From NCBI GenBank assembly GCA_902595715.1, contig CACJRI010000004.1:16373-80372 (forward strand): 64,000 nt of DNA, in the 5' to 3' direction. This DNA is from an uncultured SAR86 cluster bacterium. GTDB lineage: Bacteria; Pseudomonadota; Gammaproteobacteria; Magnimaribacterales; AG-339-G14. Positions 31,854 through 42,360 of this stretch are shown here, piece after piece (positions within the stretch are counted from its first letter, which is position 1; each line of letters opens with the position of its first letter). The notes beneath the pieces are model-generated. The model saw nothing but the letters and a program-made list of their open reading frames with translations, made no database searches and was not told the origin of the DNA. A program made the position numbers and the translations under genes.

Positions 31854-32738
31854 CAAAAATTCAAGAAGGCTTTGCTGAGCATGCAATCTATTCTCTGCTT
31901 GGTCCCAGACCATACTTTGAGCATGTTCTAGCATTGTAAAGCTTATTTCTTCACCCCTGTGAGCAGGCAAGCAATGTAAAAAGATTGCATTGTCACCAGC
32001 AAGACCCATGTCTTCTTCTTCAACAAAGAAATTTTTAAAGGTTTTTCTTCTCTCTTTTGCAGAGGTTTCATTATTCATGGAAGTCCACACATCAGTCGTG
32101 ACGATTTGGGCTTTTTCAAGAGCTTCATTTTTTGAGGATGCTAACGTTATGAAATCTTTAGCCTTATTTAACAATGGCTGATAAGGCTCACAACCTTTAG
32201 GACAAAAAATACTAATTTCAAAATCAAAAATAGAGGCAGCTTCAATATAAGAATTGCAAACATTATTTCCATCTCCAATCCAGCATACTTTGTTAAGAAT
32301 TTCTCCTTCATTTTTCTCTTTGAAAGTCATCAAGTCAGCAAGAATTTGACAGGGATGAAATAAATCAGTTAAACCGTTAATCACAGGAACAGAGGAGTTT
32401 TCTGAAAAAAGCTTCAATTCTTCATGACTGTCGTTTCTAATTACCACGGCATCAACCATGGAAGATAATACTTTAGAAGTATCTGCAATTGGCTCACCTC
32501 TGGACATTTGTAACTCAGATGAACTTAGGAAAATTGTGTTACCCCCCAATTTATTCATAGCTACTTCGAAGGAAACCCTCGTTCTAGTTGAGGGTTTTTG
32601 AAAAATTAAACCGAGAGTTTTTTTATCAAAAACATTTGATGTTTCTGATTTTGATTTTATTTCTATAGCTCTATCAATGATATGGCTGAGGTCTTGTCTC
32701 GAAAAATTTTCAAAATTTAAGAAATGCTTTGGTCTCAT
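31842..32738 (-). CDS. argF: Ornithine carbamoyltransferase
   Basis: STRTRVSFE, HPCQILAD, WIGDGNN, TDVWTSM, HCLPA.RG.E. Confidence 0.95.
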   Translation of the reverse strand: MRPKHFLNFENFSRQDLSHIIDRAIEIKSKSETSNVFDKKTLGLIFQKPSTRTRVSFEVAMNKLGGNTIFLSSSELQMSRGEPIADTSKVLSSMVDAVVIRNDSHEELKLFSENSSVPVINGLTDLFHPCQILADLMTFKEKNEGEILNKVCWIGDGNNVCNSYIEAASIFDFEISIFCPKGCEPYQPLLNKAKDFITLASSKNEALEKAQIVTTDVWTSMNNETSAKERRKTFKNFFVEEEDMGLAGDNAIFLHCLPAHRGEEISFTMLEHAQSMVWDQAENRLHAQQSLLEFLLAD

Positions 32739-32809
32739 TTAATTTAAGTTATAGAATTGCAGATTCAAAAACTAATACTAATAGACTTCATTAAATAAAT
32801 AAAATTCAT

Positions 32810-33991
32810 ATGACGCAAAAAATTAAAACCTTCAATGCTATTGCTGAGAAGGGTCTAAACATCCTTCAGGAAAAAAATTTTGAGGTATCTGATGGTCTTT
32901 CTGATCCTGACGCAATTATTTTGAGAAGCCACAAACTCAAAAAAGAAGACTTTGGAAACAATCTAAAAGCCATAGCCAGAGCTGGGGCAGGGGTAAATAA
33001 CATCCCTGTCGAAGAATGTTCTGAGCTTGGAATTCCTGTATTTAATACTCCAGGAGCGAATGCTAATGCAGTTAAAGAAATAGTTTTAGCAGCACTTTTA
33101 ATGTCTTCCAGAGGTCTTTTTCAAGGAGCTAATTTTGTAAATTCAATAGAAGAGTCAAATCAAGAAGAATTAAAACCTTTAATTGAGTCTGGAAAAAAAA
33201 GTTTCAAGGGCAGAGAATTAACTGGCGGGACTTTAGGCGTTGTTGGTATGGGGGCTATAGGCTCTAAAGTTGCTGATATGGGAGTAATGTTAGGTATGAA
33301 TGTTATTGGCTATGATCCAGCTATAACTGTTGAAGCTGCTTGGAAATTGCCTAATAAAGTTGAACGAAAAGAGAGTATTGAAGATGTTTTCAAAGAATCT
33401 GACTACATCTCTCTCCATGTGCCAGCAAATGATAAAACTAAGGGTCTTATAAATTCTGATTTACTAAAAAATGCCAAAAAGGACTTAAGACTTATAAATT
33501 TTGCGAGAGATGAAATAGTTGTCTCAAAAGACATCATTGATAGCTTAGACAAAAACATCCTTAGCAAATACATCACAGATTTTGCTGATTTAGACTTAAT
33601 CTCTAGAGCCAAAATAGCTAACGATGTCATTATTTTGCCTCACATTGGAGCAAGCACAAGCCAAGCAGAAGAAAATTGTTCTGTCATGGCCGCTGAACAG
33701 CTCGATGATTTTTTAAATAATGGAAACATTAAAAATTCAGTGAATTTTCCTGAGTTAATTGAACCCAGACCTTCAGAATTTAGGATTACTCTTTCAAATA
33801 AGAACCATCCAGGAATGATAGGTAAAATTACTACTGTACTTGCCGATAATAAATTGAACATCATAGATATGGTAAATAAAAGTAGAGGCGATATTGCCTA
33901 CAATGTAATTGATCTGGAAACCAAACCGCCGGAAAAGGTTCTGGATGAGTTGTCTGCTTTAGATGATGTTATTTCTGTAAGGGAGGTATAA
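32810..33991 (+). CDS. serA: D-3-phosphoglycerate dehydrogenase with ACT domain
   Basis: ARAGAGVNNIP, NTPGANANAVKE, GMGAIG, PHIGAST..AEENC, C-terminal ACT domain. Confidence 0.88.
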   Translation: MTQKIKTFNAIAEKGLNILQEKNFEVSDGLSDPDAIILRSHKLKKEDFGNNLKAIARAGAGVNNIPVEECSELGIPVFNTPGANANAVKEIVLAALLMSSRGLFQGANFVNSIEESNQEELKPLIESGKKSFKGRELTGGTLGVVGMGAIGSKVADMGVMLGMNVIGYDPAITVEAAWKLPNKVERKESIEDVFKESDYISLHVPANDKTKGLINSDLLKNAKKDLRLINFARDEIVVSKDIIDSLDKNILSKYITDFADLDLISRAKIANDVIILPHIGASTSQAEENCSVMAAEQLDDFLNNGNIKNSVNFPELIEPRPSEFRITLSNKNHPGMIGKITTVLADNKLNIIDMVNKSRGDIAYNVIDLETKPPEKVLDELSALDDVISVREV

Positions 33992-33993
33992 AA

Positions 33994-34755
33994 ATGACTA
34001 AACCAGTTGCAATTGTTACAGGTGGAAGTAGAGGTGTTGGCGCCGAGGTTTCAAAACTCCTTGCAAGCAAGGGTTGGAACATAGCAATAACTTGTTCAAG
34101 TTCAATAGAAGCAGCAAATGAGGTAAGTAAGGAGTGTGAAACATTAGGAGCAGAGACCATTGTTTTAAAAGCAGATGTTTCACAGCCCGAATCTTGCGCC
34201 CAAACAGTGAACGAAACTTTAAAAAAATGGGGAAAACTGGATGCTTTGATTAATAATGCCGGCACCACTAAATTCAATGCACATGATAATTTAGACGGTC
34301 TCTCCAAAGATGATTTTCTTGGATTGTATGCAACAAATACCGTGGGTCCCTATATGATGATTAAAGAAGCAAGAGAAAGCCTCCTTAAGTCAGATAATCC
34401 ATCAGTTGTGAATGTTGCCTCCATAGCTGGAGTTTTAGGAATAGGTAGTTCCGTAGCATATGCTGCATCTAAAGGAGCTTTAATAAATATGACCAAGTCT
34501 CTTGCCAGAGCTTTGGGACCAATTAGAATTAACGCAATCTGTCCTGGATTTATTCAAGGAGATTGGCTGAAAAACGGCTTGGGTGAGGAAACTTATGAGT
34601 TTGTAAAAAAATCTACTGAAGACAGTGTTCCATTAAACCTAACTTGTACTGCAGAGCAGGTTGCAGAAACAATCTGTTATTTCATAGAATCAGGATCAAC
34701 AATAACAGGAGAAACTTTATTGCTTGATGGTGGAATGCATTTAGGCAATTATTAA
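33994..34755 (+). CDS. Classical SDR oxidoreductase
   Basis: TGGSRGVG, NNAG, YAASK. Confidence 0.9.
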   Translation: MTKPVAIVTGGSRGVGAEVSKLLASKGWNIAITCSSSIEAANEVSKECETLGAETIVLKADVSQPESCAQTVNETLKKWGKLDALINNAGTTKFNAHDNLDGLSKDDFLGLYATNTVGPYMMIKEARESLLKSDNPSVVNVASIAGVLGIGSSVAYAASKGALINMTKSLARALGPIRINAICPGFIQGDWLKNGLGEETYEFVKKSTEDSVPLNLTCTAEQVAETICYFIESGSTITGETLLLDGGMHLGNY

Positions 34756-34758
34756 GCC

Positions 34759-35850
34759 CTAAAAATATTTTTCCACATATTCCTTTGTAAAACCTACAAT
34801 CTCGTCTTCTCGGCCCTCTTTAACCTTCAAAACCCATTCAGGATCAGATAAGAGAGCTCTACCTACAGCAACCATATCGAATTCTTCTCTTTCGAACATC
34901 TCTACTAGAGTTTTAATGGATGAAGTATTCGCTTTATCATTGCCGATATACAGACCTATAAAATCTGAATCAAGCCCCACACTTCCCACCGTAATAGTGG
35001 GCTTGTTGGTTATTTTTCTAGTCCAGCCAGCAAGATTCAAATCAGACCCTTCAAATTCTGGCTCCCAGTATCTTCTTGTACTAGCATGAAAGACATCAAC
35101 TCCAGAATCAGATATAGGCCCTAAAAAAGTTTCAAGGTCTTCAGGAGTTGGAGCAAGTCTTGCATCGTAATCTTGTTGTTTCCACTGAGAAAATCTCAGC
35201 ATTATCGGAAAATCATTTCCAATAAGTTTTCTAGCACGTGAAACTATCTCACAGACAAACTTTGTTCTTAAGTCTTCTTCTTTGCCGTATTTATCTTTTC
35301 TTACATTAGTATCTCTCCAGAAAAATTGATCGATCATATATCCATGAGCTCCGTGAAGCTCTACACCATCAAAACCCAACATTTTTATAGTTTCAATATC
35401 TTTTACATAGTTCTGAATGAGGTCTTCAACATCGTTATCTGTCATTTCATAAGCTACTTTTTTATCTTTTCTGACTAAACCTGAGGGCGTATAACCAGGT
35501 ACCTCAGGATTTGGAGGTTGACCGGGTTTTCTTATTCCTCCCACATGCCATAGTTGACAAAATATCGTGGAACCTTCTTTTTGAACTGCAGAAATTAAAT
35601 TCTTCCAGCCTTCATGAGAATCTTGTCGTAAATTAGGAACATTAGGATAGCCACTCGATGCAGGATGACTTACCTCAACGCCTTCAGTAATGATCATCCC
35701 AACCTCTGCAGCTGCTCTGCGTTTGTAATATTCTAAATTCTGATCTGTTGGAATACCATTTGGAGACATGCTCCTAGTCATAGGCGCCATTGCTATTCTA
35801 TTGGGTACAACTAAGTTATTGATTTTTATTGGTTTAAATAAAGTTTCCAT
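34759..35850 (-). CDS. NADH:flavin oxidoreductase (Old Yellow Enzyme family)
   Basis: NRIAMAPMTR, QLWHVG, GFDGVELHGAHGY..DQF, VGRALL.DP.W. Confidence 0.92.
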   Translation of the reverse strand: METLFKPIKINNLVVPNRIAMAPMTRSMSPNGIPTDQNLEYYKRRAAAEVGMIITEGVEVSHPASSGYPNVPNLRQDSHEGWKNLISAVQKEGSTIFCQLWHVGGIRKPGQPPNPEVPGYTPSGLVRKDKKVAYEMTDNDVEDLIQNYVKDIETIKMLGFDGVELHGAHGYMIDQFFWRDTNVRKDKYGKEEDLRTKFVCEIVSRARKLIGNDFPIMLRFSQWKQQDYDARLAPTPEDLETFLGPISDSGVDVFHASTRRYWEPEFEGSDLNLAGWTRKITNKPTITVGSVGLDSDFIGLYIGNDKANTSSIKTLVEMFEREEFDMVAVGRALLSDPEWVLKVKEGREDEIVGFTKEYVEKYF

Positions 35851-36178
35851 TTTTACCTCTATTTTTATTCAAAATTAATAAGATCTTATTGGAATAAGAA
35901 TTTTTTTTATAGTAACTTTTATATGAGTTACACACAAAAGTTTATTTATTTTTTTTAAATTCAAGTTAGGTCTGTCTTTTACTGCTTTATCATGGTGCAA
36001 TCTTAATAACTTCATAAGCTATTGATTTTATTGAATATTTTTTAAGTGGTTAAAAATTAACCAATTTAACTAAAACACTTCTGTTTAAAGGATCTAATCA
36101 ATCTTCCTTATTTTATCCAAAGAGTTATCCACAATTTCTGTGGATAAAAAAAAATAAAAATTTGTTAATATTTCTCTC
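35851..36178. other. AT-rich intergenic region with clustered DnaA boxes (candidate oriC or DARS-like element)
   Basis: TTATCCAAA 36113-36121, TTATCCACA 36125-36133, TGTGGATAA 36139-36147, TTACACACA 35928-35936; GATCT words at 35882 and 36091; longest non-coding stretch without an RNA element. Confidence 0.6.
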
Positions 36179-36847
36179 GTGGAGGGCTCATTAGAATCTT
36201 GGAAAGAAGTTGCTGTTGAATATGGTTTAAAAGATATTTTAAAACCTATAAGAAAAAAAATATCTGAAGCTTCTTCAAAGAAAAAGAAAATTTACCCAAG
36301 CGGCAAAGATATTTTTAGGGCATTCGAACTAACACCTTTTAAAAAAGTAAATATTATAATTCTCGGGCAAGATCCCTATCATGGCCCAAATCAGGCAAAT
36401 GGCTTAGCTTTTTCAGTTAATTCCGAGGTTAGGTTTCCTCCATCTTTATTGAATATTTTTAAAGAATATTCCACAGATTTAAATTTACCTATTCCCTCAG
36501 ATGGAAATTTATCGGCTTGGGCAGAACGAGGGGTTCTGCTACTAAATTCTATCTTAACTGTAGAATCCGGATCTCCAGGATCGCATAAGAATTTTGGATG
36601 GGAAGAATTTACCAATCAGATTATCAAAGCTTTAAGTGATAAAAAATCAAATCTAGTTTTCATCTTGTGGGGGGCATATGCTCAATCAAAGAAAATTCTT
36701 ATTGATCCTTCAAAGCATTTAATCATTGAATCTCCTCACCCATCACCATTATCGGCTCACAGAGGATTTTTTGGATCAAAACCTTTTTCTAAGACTAATG
36801 ACTATCTTAGGAAATACAAAAATGAAGAGATCGACTGGAGAATATAA
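36179..36847 (+). CDS. ung: Uracil-DNA glycosylase (family 1)
   Basis: GQDPYH, PPSL.NI, GVLLLN, HPSPLSA.RGF. Confidence 0.97.
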   Translation: MEGSLESWKEVAVEYGLKDILKPIRKKISEASSKKKKIYPSGKDIFRAFELTPFKKVNIIILGQDPYHGPNQANGLAFSVNSEVRFPPSLLNIFKEYSTDLNLPIPSDGNLSAWAERGVLLLNSILTVESGSPGSHKNFGWEEFTNQIIKALSDKKSNLVFILWGAYAQSKKILIDPSKHLIIESPHPSPLSAHRGFFGSKPFSKTNDYLRKYKNEEIDWRI

Positions 36848-36850
36848 AGA

Positions 36851-37522
36851 TTACAGAATGTTTAAAATTTGTCCGCCTAGATAAACAGACTCAGTTTGAT
36901 CATCTTTGTTTTTAAAAAAAATAAAGCCGTATTTACCTTCTTTAGATAAGATTTCTCCAACTTTCTTTCCTTCTTTGTTATAAATCGAAGATTCCTTGAT
37001 CTCATCTTTTAAATTATCTGCAATTTTGAGAGCAAATTTCAATTTCCCTCTATATTCCATTCTTGCAATTACCTCTTGACCATTAAAGCAGCCTTTTGAA
37101 AAATCAATCAGTTCGTTATTTTGATAATTAAGTTCGTGGGGAGTAAATTTTGAGGAAGTCTGTTTGTTAACTTCCACTATTCCTTTATTAATTAGAAATT
37201 TCATCCATTCTGCTGAATCTAGATCTTTTTTAAAGTCATCTTGTGCATCATTTTTTAATTCCGCATCGAAGAAAGGGATATATTTGTTCATATGTTCTTC
37301 AAAAGACGCGATTAACTCTTCAAGGATGGCTATCTTAAATCCATTTTCTATCTTTTTAATCCAAAAAGTTGCCATGACTCTGCCTTTGTTGTTGCAAATG
37401 CAGGCAGGTTTAAAATCTTCATTAAAAATCTTTTCTATATCTATTGTAATTTGTCCTTGTAGGAATTCTGAAGCTTGAGATCCTTGAACAATGAGAGAAG
37501 TATGTTTTTCTGAAAAATTCAT
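36851..37522 (-). CDS. ygfZ: YgfZ-like folate-binding Fe-S repair protein (short form)
   Basis: FLQGQ.T, KGR, IDF.KGCFNGQE.IAR..Y.G; divergent from sdhE. Confidence 0.85.
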   Translation of the reverse strand: MNFSEKHTSLIVQGSQASEFLQGQITIDIEKIFNEDFKPACICNNKGRVMATFWIKKIENGFKIAILEELIASFEEHMNKYIPFFDAELKNDAQDDFKKDLDSAEWMKFLINKGIVEVNKQTSSKFTPHELNYQNNELIDFSKGCFNGQEVIARMEYRGKLKFALKIADNLKDEIKESSIYNKEGKKVGEILSKEGKYGFIFFKNKDDQTESVYLGGQILNIL

Positions 37523-37558
37523 TCTTTTTTGTAATTTCTAGATTATATAATTCTTTCT

Positions 37559-37807
37559 GTGAGTGACCTATTAAATAAAGCTAAATTTAAGGCAAGAAGA
37601 GGCTTAAATGAACTAGATAAAATCTTTGTACCCTTTGTAGAAAAAAGGTTCTTATCCTTAAGTAATGCTCAGATTGATCAACTATTTGAACTATTTGAAA
37701 TTGATGATGTTTCCCTAGCAGATATGATTATTTACAAAAAAATGGATTATCCAATTGAACTCAAAGAAATATTTGAAGAAATATTTGAATTTTATAGTGA
37801 AATTTAG
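37559..37807 (+). CDS. sdhE: FAD assembly factor SdhE
   Basis: RRGLNELD is a variant of RRGMLELD; 82 aa; next to ygfZ. Confidence 0.8.
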   Translation: MSDLLNKAKFKARRGLNELDKIFVPFVEKRFLSLSNAQIDQLFELFEIDDVSLADMIIYKKMDYPIELKEIFEEIFEFYSEI

Positions 37808-37809
37808 CT

Positions 37810-37836
37810 GAACTTGTGGACAATACGCATGTCTAT
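37810..37836 (+). promoter_or_regulatory. SigmaE/AlgU-type autoregulatory promoter
   Basis: GAACTT-N16-TCTAT, ending 12 nt before the rpoE ATG. Confidence 0.8.
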
Positions 37837-37848
37837 AAGGATTAGGAC

Positions 37849-38424
37849 ATGGAAAACGATATAAACATTATTAATCTTGTTAAAAAAGGGGATGTGAGAG
37901 CCTTCGATATCCTCGTGGTTAAATACCAAGATAGACTTGTTTATTCTGTTTTTAAGTTTTGCAAGGACTTTGAATTATCTCAAGATATTGCTCAAGAAGC
38001 TTTTGTCAAAGCTTTCAGAAATATTGATAAATTTAGAGGGGAAAGTTCGTTCTATACTTGGATTTACAGAATTGCTATCAATACAGCAAAAAACTACTTT
38101 TCGAATAAATCCAGAGGAGCTGAAACTTACAATGAAGACGTTCTTGATGGCGCTTTATCTGATTTGTCTTTAAATTCGGATAATCCTGAAACACTTTTAG
38201 CAGCGGAAGAAATGAAAGATGCTGTAAATCAGGCTTTTCAGAATTTACCAGACGAAATAAGATCAACTTTATCTCTCAGAGAGTATGATGGGTTGAGTTA
38301 TGAAGAAATAGCTAAAGTCCAAAACTGTCCAATTGGTACGGTGAGATCAAGAATTTTTAAAGGAAGAGAGCTTATTAACGAAACTTTTTCTAAATTAGGA
38401 CTGTCTAAAACCTGGAGCAATTAG
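37849..38424 (+). CDS. rpoE: ECF sigma factor RpoE/AlgU
   Basis: GD.RAFD.LV.KYQ, FRGESSFYTWIYRIAINTAKN, GLSYEEIA....CPIGTVRSRIF. Confidence 0.95.
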   Translation: MENDINIINLVKKGDVRAFDILVVKYQDRLVYSVFKFCKDFELSQDIAQEAFVKAFRNIDKFRGESSFYTWIYRIAINTAKNYFSNKSRGAETYNEDVLDGALSDLSLNSDNPETLLAAEEMKDAVNQAFQNLPDEIRSTLSLREYDGLSYEEIAKVQNCPIGTVRSRIFKGRELINETFSKLGLSKTWSN

Positions 38425-38425
38425 C

Positions 38426-39115
38426 ATGGAATCAAGCGTAGATCAAAGATTATCTTTACTTTTGGATGGTGAAGCTTCCGAATTCGAAACACGCAGACTC
38501 GTTGAGGATATTTCCAAAAACCCTCATATTAAGAAGCGCTGGCTGGAGATGAATAAACAAAAATCAGCGCTTCGAAGAGAACTTTTAATGCCAAATCTGG
38601 ACCTTTCTTCCAAAATCTTAAACGAACTTCAAAAATCTAAAAAAACAAATAACCAAAAACATCACGAAAGCCATTTTAGTTGGGGAAAAATTCCCTATAT
38701 GAGGACCTGTTCTTATCTTTTTGGCCTCTGTTTTACTCTCACCTTTATATTTTTCGAATTTTCCTCCCAACCCAATCAATCTTTCCTCCAAGTCTCAGCT
38801 CCAAAAACACTAGTCTCTACAATAAATCCGGTTATCCTTGGCGATTACGGTAGAAATTTTGATGGTAATCTTCGTAGTTATAGATTCATCTCCAATAATC
38901 AAGTAGAGGCTAACTATGGACTCAAAGGTTCAAATGCGAATCTTAAACTAAAATTTTTCTTCGAAGATGGCTCCAACACTGTGAAACTGTCTTCCATTTC
39001 CAATGGCGTTACTATAAATGCAAAGAAAGGTGACAAATCAATGATTATAAATTTATCCAGTGATAAATTATCTAACCAAAAATTGATAAGTATTTCTAAT
39101 TTGATTTTAGAATAA
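38426..39115 (+). CDS. rseA: Anti-sigmaE factor RseA/MucA-like
   Basis: N-terminal LSLLLDGE...E.RR RseA_N pattern; one TM; position after rpoE; divergent periplasmic part. Confidence 0.7.
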   Translation: MESSVDQRLSLLLDGEASEFETRRLVEDISKNPHIKKRWLEMNKQKSALRRELLMPNLDLSSKILNELQKSKKTNNQKHHESHFSWGKIPYMRTCSYLFGLCFTLTFIFFEFSSQPNQSFLQVSAPKTLVSTINPVILGDYGRNFDGNLRSYRFISNNQVEANYGLKGSNANLKLKFFFEDGSNTVKLSSISNGVTINAKKGDKSMIINLSSDKLSNQKLISISNLILE

Positions 39116-39128
39116 TAAAAATCTTACT

Positions 39129-40544
39129 ATGCAAAGAAAATTATTTGTATTTTTTACTCTCTTCCTCGTTTCCAGCTCAGGCTGGAGTCAGTTGAACCAA
39201 AACGTATCAGATCTTCCCAATTTTGCCTCTTTAGCTGAGAAAGTGACTCCTGCTGTTGTAAATGTAAGCGTCACAAAAGTTATTAAATCTCCAGCACAAA
39301 ACGAAATGAGAAGAGGGCCTTTCAACGATCCTTTCTTTGATGACTTTTTTGGTTCTCCCTACAACCCTCCAAACCGAGATAGAAAAGTAGCATCAGGAGG
39401 TTCAGGATTCATTATTTCTGAAGATGGTTACATATTAACAAATCACCACGTAATTGAAGATGCCTCCGAAGTTGTAATTAGTCTTCAGGACAGAAGAGAA
39501 TTTTCTGCAGAGATAATTGGAAGCGATAAAAAGTCAGACGTTGCTCTTTTGAAGGTGAAAACTAATGAGAACCTTCCTTTTTTAAGTTTAGGAGATTCCG
39601 AAAAAGTTAGAGTTGGCGATTGGGTCATGGCAATCGGATCACCTTATAGGCTGAATGCAACGGTAACGGCAGGAATAGTGAGTGCAAAAGCTAGAAGCGT
39701 TCCAGGACAAAGCACTTCATATATTCCTTTTATTCAATCAGATGTAGCTATTAATCCAGGAAACTCAGGGGGTCCATTATTCAATCTTAACGGAGAAGTC
39801 ATTGGTATTAATGCAATGATTTATTCAAATCGTGGCGGGTATATGGGCATATCCTTCACTATTCCCATTAACTACGCAGATGAAATAGTTAAACAAATAA
39901 AAGAAAACGGGTTTGTCTCCAGAGGCTGGTTGGGTGTTGCAGTCCAAGAAGTTACTAAAGATTTAGCAGATTCGTTTGGCTTAGACGTACCGCGTGGGGC
40001 TTTAATTGGTAGTGTTTTAAAAGATTCTCCTGCAGAAAAAGCTGGACTAAAAAATGGTGACGTAATTATTGATTTTGATGGTCAACAAATAATTTATTCA
40101 GGTGATCTTCCTCTAATCGTAGGAAGGATACCTCCTGAAAAAAAAGTAAACGCAACAATATTTAGAGATGGAAAGAAAGTAACGGTTTCTGTGACAACTG
40201 GTAAATTAGATGAAAAAGTTGCTCAAGATACAACTGTTGATAAAAAAGAAGAAACTGGAAATATTTTAGGTATTGCCGTCAAAGATATTGGTTCCTTGAC
40301 AGAGCCGGAACAAAAACAATTAGGCCAAAATAAAGGAGTTGTGGTATCAAGTGTTTTTCCAGGACCGGCGTCTGAAGCCGGAATCAGAAGGGGAGACATA
40401 ATCGATAAAATACAGTTTAAGGATGTTGGCAATATCAAAGATTATGAAAAAATTTCTAAAACTCTAAAAAAAGGCTCTACTATTGCTTTAAGAATTATCA
40501 GAGATAAAAACGGTTCTTTTCTCACCCTTAAAATTCCAAAATAG
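39129..40544 (+). CDS. mucD: Periplasmic serine endoprotease DegP/MucD (two PDZ domains)
   Basis: [33 protein letters not shown]; signal peptide. Confidence 0.9.
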   Translation: MQRKLFVFFTLFLVSSSGWSQLNQNVSDLPNFASLAEKVTPAVVNVSVTKVIKSPAQNEMRRGPFNDPFFDDFFGSPYNPPNRDRKVASGGSGFIISEDGYILTNHHVIEDASEVVISLQDRREFSAEIIGSDKKSDVALLKVKTNENLPFLSLGDSEKVRVGDWVMAIGSPYRLNATVTAGIVSAKARSVPGQSTSYIPFIQSDVAINPGNSGGPLFNLNGEVIGINAMIYSNRGGYMGISFTIPINYADEIVKQIKENGFVSRGWLGVAVQEVTKDLADSFGLDVPRGALIGSVLKDSPAEKAGLKNGDVIIDFDGQQIIYSGDLPLIVGRIPPEKKVNATIFRDGKKVTVSVTTGKLDEKVAQDTTVDKKEETGNILGIAVKDIGSLTEPEQKQLGQNKGVVVSSVFPGPASEAGIRRGDIIDKIQFKDVGNIKDYEKISKTLKKGSTIALRIIRDKNGSFLTLKIPK

Positions 40545-40558
40545 GACATAATGCCCGC

Positions 40559-42358
40559 ATGTCGAGCCATGCTTCTATAAATAAGATCAGAAACTTCTGC
40601 ATCATTGCGCATATTGATCATGGAAAATCGACACTCGCAGATCGTCTTATCGAAATATGCGAAGGCTTAAGCAAACGTGAGATGCAAAATCAAGTGTTGG
40701 ACTCTCTTGATTTAGAAAGAGAAAGAGGCATTACTATCAAAGCTCAATCGGTATATCTAGAATATGAGTTGGATAAAGAAAAGTATCAGATTAACTTGAT
40801 TGATACTCCGGGGCACGTGGACTTTGCCTACGAAGTGTCTAGATCTTTAGCTGCATGCGATGGAGCTATTTTACTTGTTGATGCTTCTCAAGGAGTTGAA
40901 GCACAAACTCTTTCTACTTGTTATAACGCTATTGATCAAGGACTTACGATATTCCCTGTATTGAATAAAATTGATCTCAAACAATCAGATCCAGAAAGAG
41001 TCAAACAAGAGATTGAAGAAATAATCGGCATAGAAGCAAGCGAAGCACCAGCTATAAGTGCAAAGGATGGATTAGGTGTTAAAGATTTATTAGAAAAAAT
41101 TATTAGAGAAATACCTCCGCCAGAAGGCTCCATTGCAGAACCATTACAGGCTTTAATAATTGACTCTTGGTTTGATCAATACCTTGGAATTGTCTCTTTA
41201 GTGAGAGTGGTAAATGGTGAAATAAATCTTGGCGATAAAATTAAATTTATCTCAAATAATAATGTTCATTTAGTGGAAAAATTAGGAGTCTTTACTCCCA
41301 AACGATTAGAAAAAACTAAACTAGTTGCTGGAGAAGTTGGTTTTATCTGTGCCGGAGTTAGAAGCATTAAAGGCGCTCCTGTTGGAGATACTATAGTTCT
41401 ACCTGATAAAAATAACTCTTTGCCAGGATTCAAGCCAATAAAACCTCAAGTTTTTGCTGCCCTTTATCCTTTAGATTCTGGTGAATTTGAATCATTTAGA
41501 GAATCCTTGGAAAAATTAGCCTTAAACGATGCTGCCTTGCAATTTGAACCAGAGCAATCTCAGGCTTTAGGGTCCGGTTTTAGATGCGGTTTTTTGGGCA
41601 CTTTACATATGGAAATCATTATAGAAAGACTTCAAAGAGAGCATGGAATGGAGCTTTTAGCTACAGCGCCTACTGTCGTGTATGAAATTCTATTGAAAAA
41701 CAATGATGTAATTGAAATAGAAAATCCAAGTAGATATCCTGATCCAAGTTCAATAGAGGAGGTCAGAGAGCCAATAGCTCTAGCAACTATTCTTGTTCCT
41801 GAGGATTATGTTGGAAATGTTATTTCTCTTTGCGTGGAAAGAAGAGGAAGTCAAAAGTCTCTCAGATATGTGGGTGGCCAAATAGAACTGGTTTATGAAA
41901 TGCCAATGAATGAAATAGTTCTCGATTTCTTTGACAAATTAAAATCAACCAGCAAAGGATATGCATCTCTAGACTATGATTTTGTCAGATTTGACCAAAG
42001 TGACATTACTCGAATTGATATCTTGCTCAATGGCGAAAAGGTTGATGCTCTAAACTTCATGGTGCATCGCTCTAAAGCTGACTATAAAGGGAGAGAATTG
42101 ACAAAAGCTCTGAGAGAGGTTATTCCCAGACAAATGTATGATGTAGCAATTCAAGCTGCAATTGGAAACAAAATTATTTCTCGAGAGACAGTTAAAGCCT
42201 ACCGTAAAGATGTAACGGCCAAGCTTTACGGTGGAGATGTAACGCGAAAGAAAAAACTTTTGGAAAAACAAAAAGCTGGTAAGAAAAAAATGCGTCAGAT
42301 TGGAAAAATTGATGTTCCTCAAGAAGCATTTTTATCGGTTTTAAAGGTAAGCAAATAA
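40559..42358 (+). CDS. lepA: Elongation factor 4 (LepA)
   Basis: [50 protein letters not shown]. Confidence 0.99.
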   Translation: MSSHASINKIRNFCIIAHIDHGKSTLADRLIEICEGLSKREMQNQVLDSLDLERERGITIKAQSVYLEYELDKEKYQINLIDTPGHVDFAYEVSRSLAACDGAILLVDASQGVEAQTLSTCYNAIDQGLTIFPVLNKIDLKQSDPERVKQEIEEIIGIEASEAPAISAKDGLGVKDLLEKIIREIPPPEGSIAEPLQALIIDSWFDQYLGIVSLVRVVNGEINLGDKIKFISNNNVHLVEKLGVFTPKRLEKTKLVAGEVGFICAGVRSIKGAPVGDTIVLPDKNNSLPGFKPIKPQVFAALYPLDSGEFESFRESLEKLALNDAALQFEPEQSQALGSGFRCGFLGTLHMEIIIERLQREHGMELLATAPTVVYEILLKNNDVIEIENPSRYPDPSSIEEVREPIALATILVPEDYVGNVISLCVERRGSQKSLRYVGGQIELVYEMPMNEIVLDFFDKLKSTSKGYASLDYDFVRFDQSDITRIDILLNGEKVDALNFMVHRSKADYKGRELTKALREVIPRQMYDVAIQAAIGNKIISRETVKAYRKDVTAKLYGGDVTRKKKLLEKQKAGKKKMRQIGKIDVPQEAFLSVLKVSK

Positions 42359-42360
42359 TT

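Noticed and set aside
37815-37823. TGTGGACAA DnaA-box-like word in the rpoE promoter spacer
   Set aside because: A single 1-mismatch copy is expected by chance in 64 kb.
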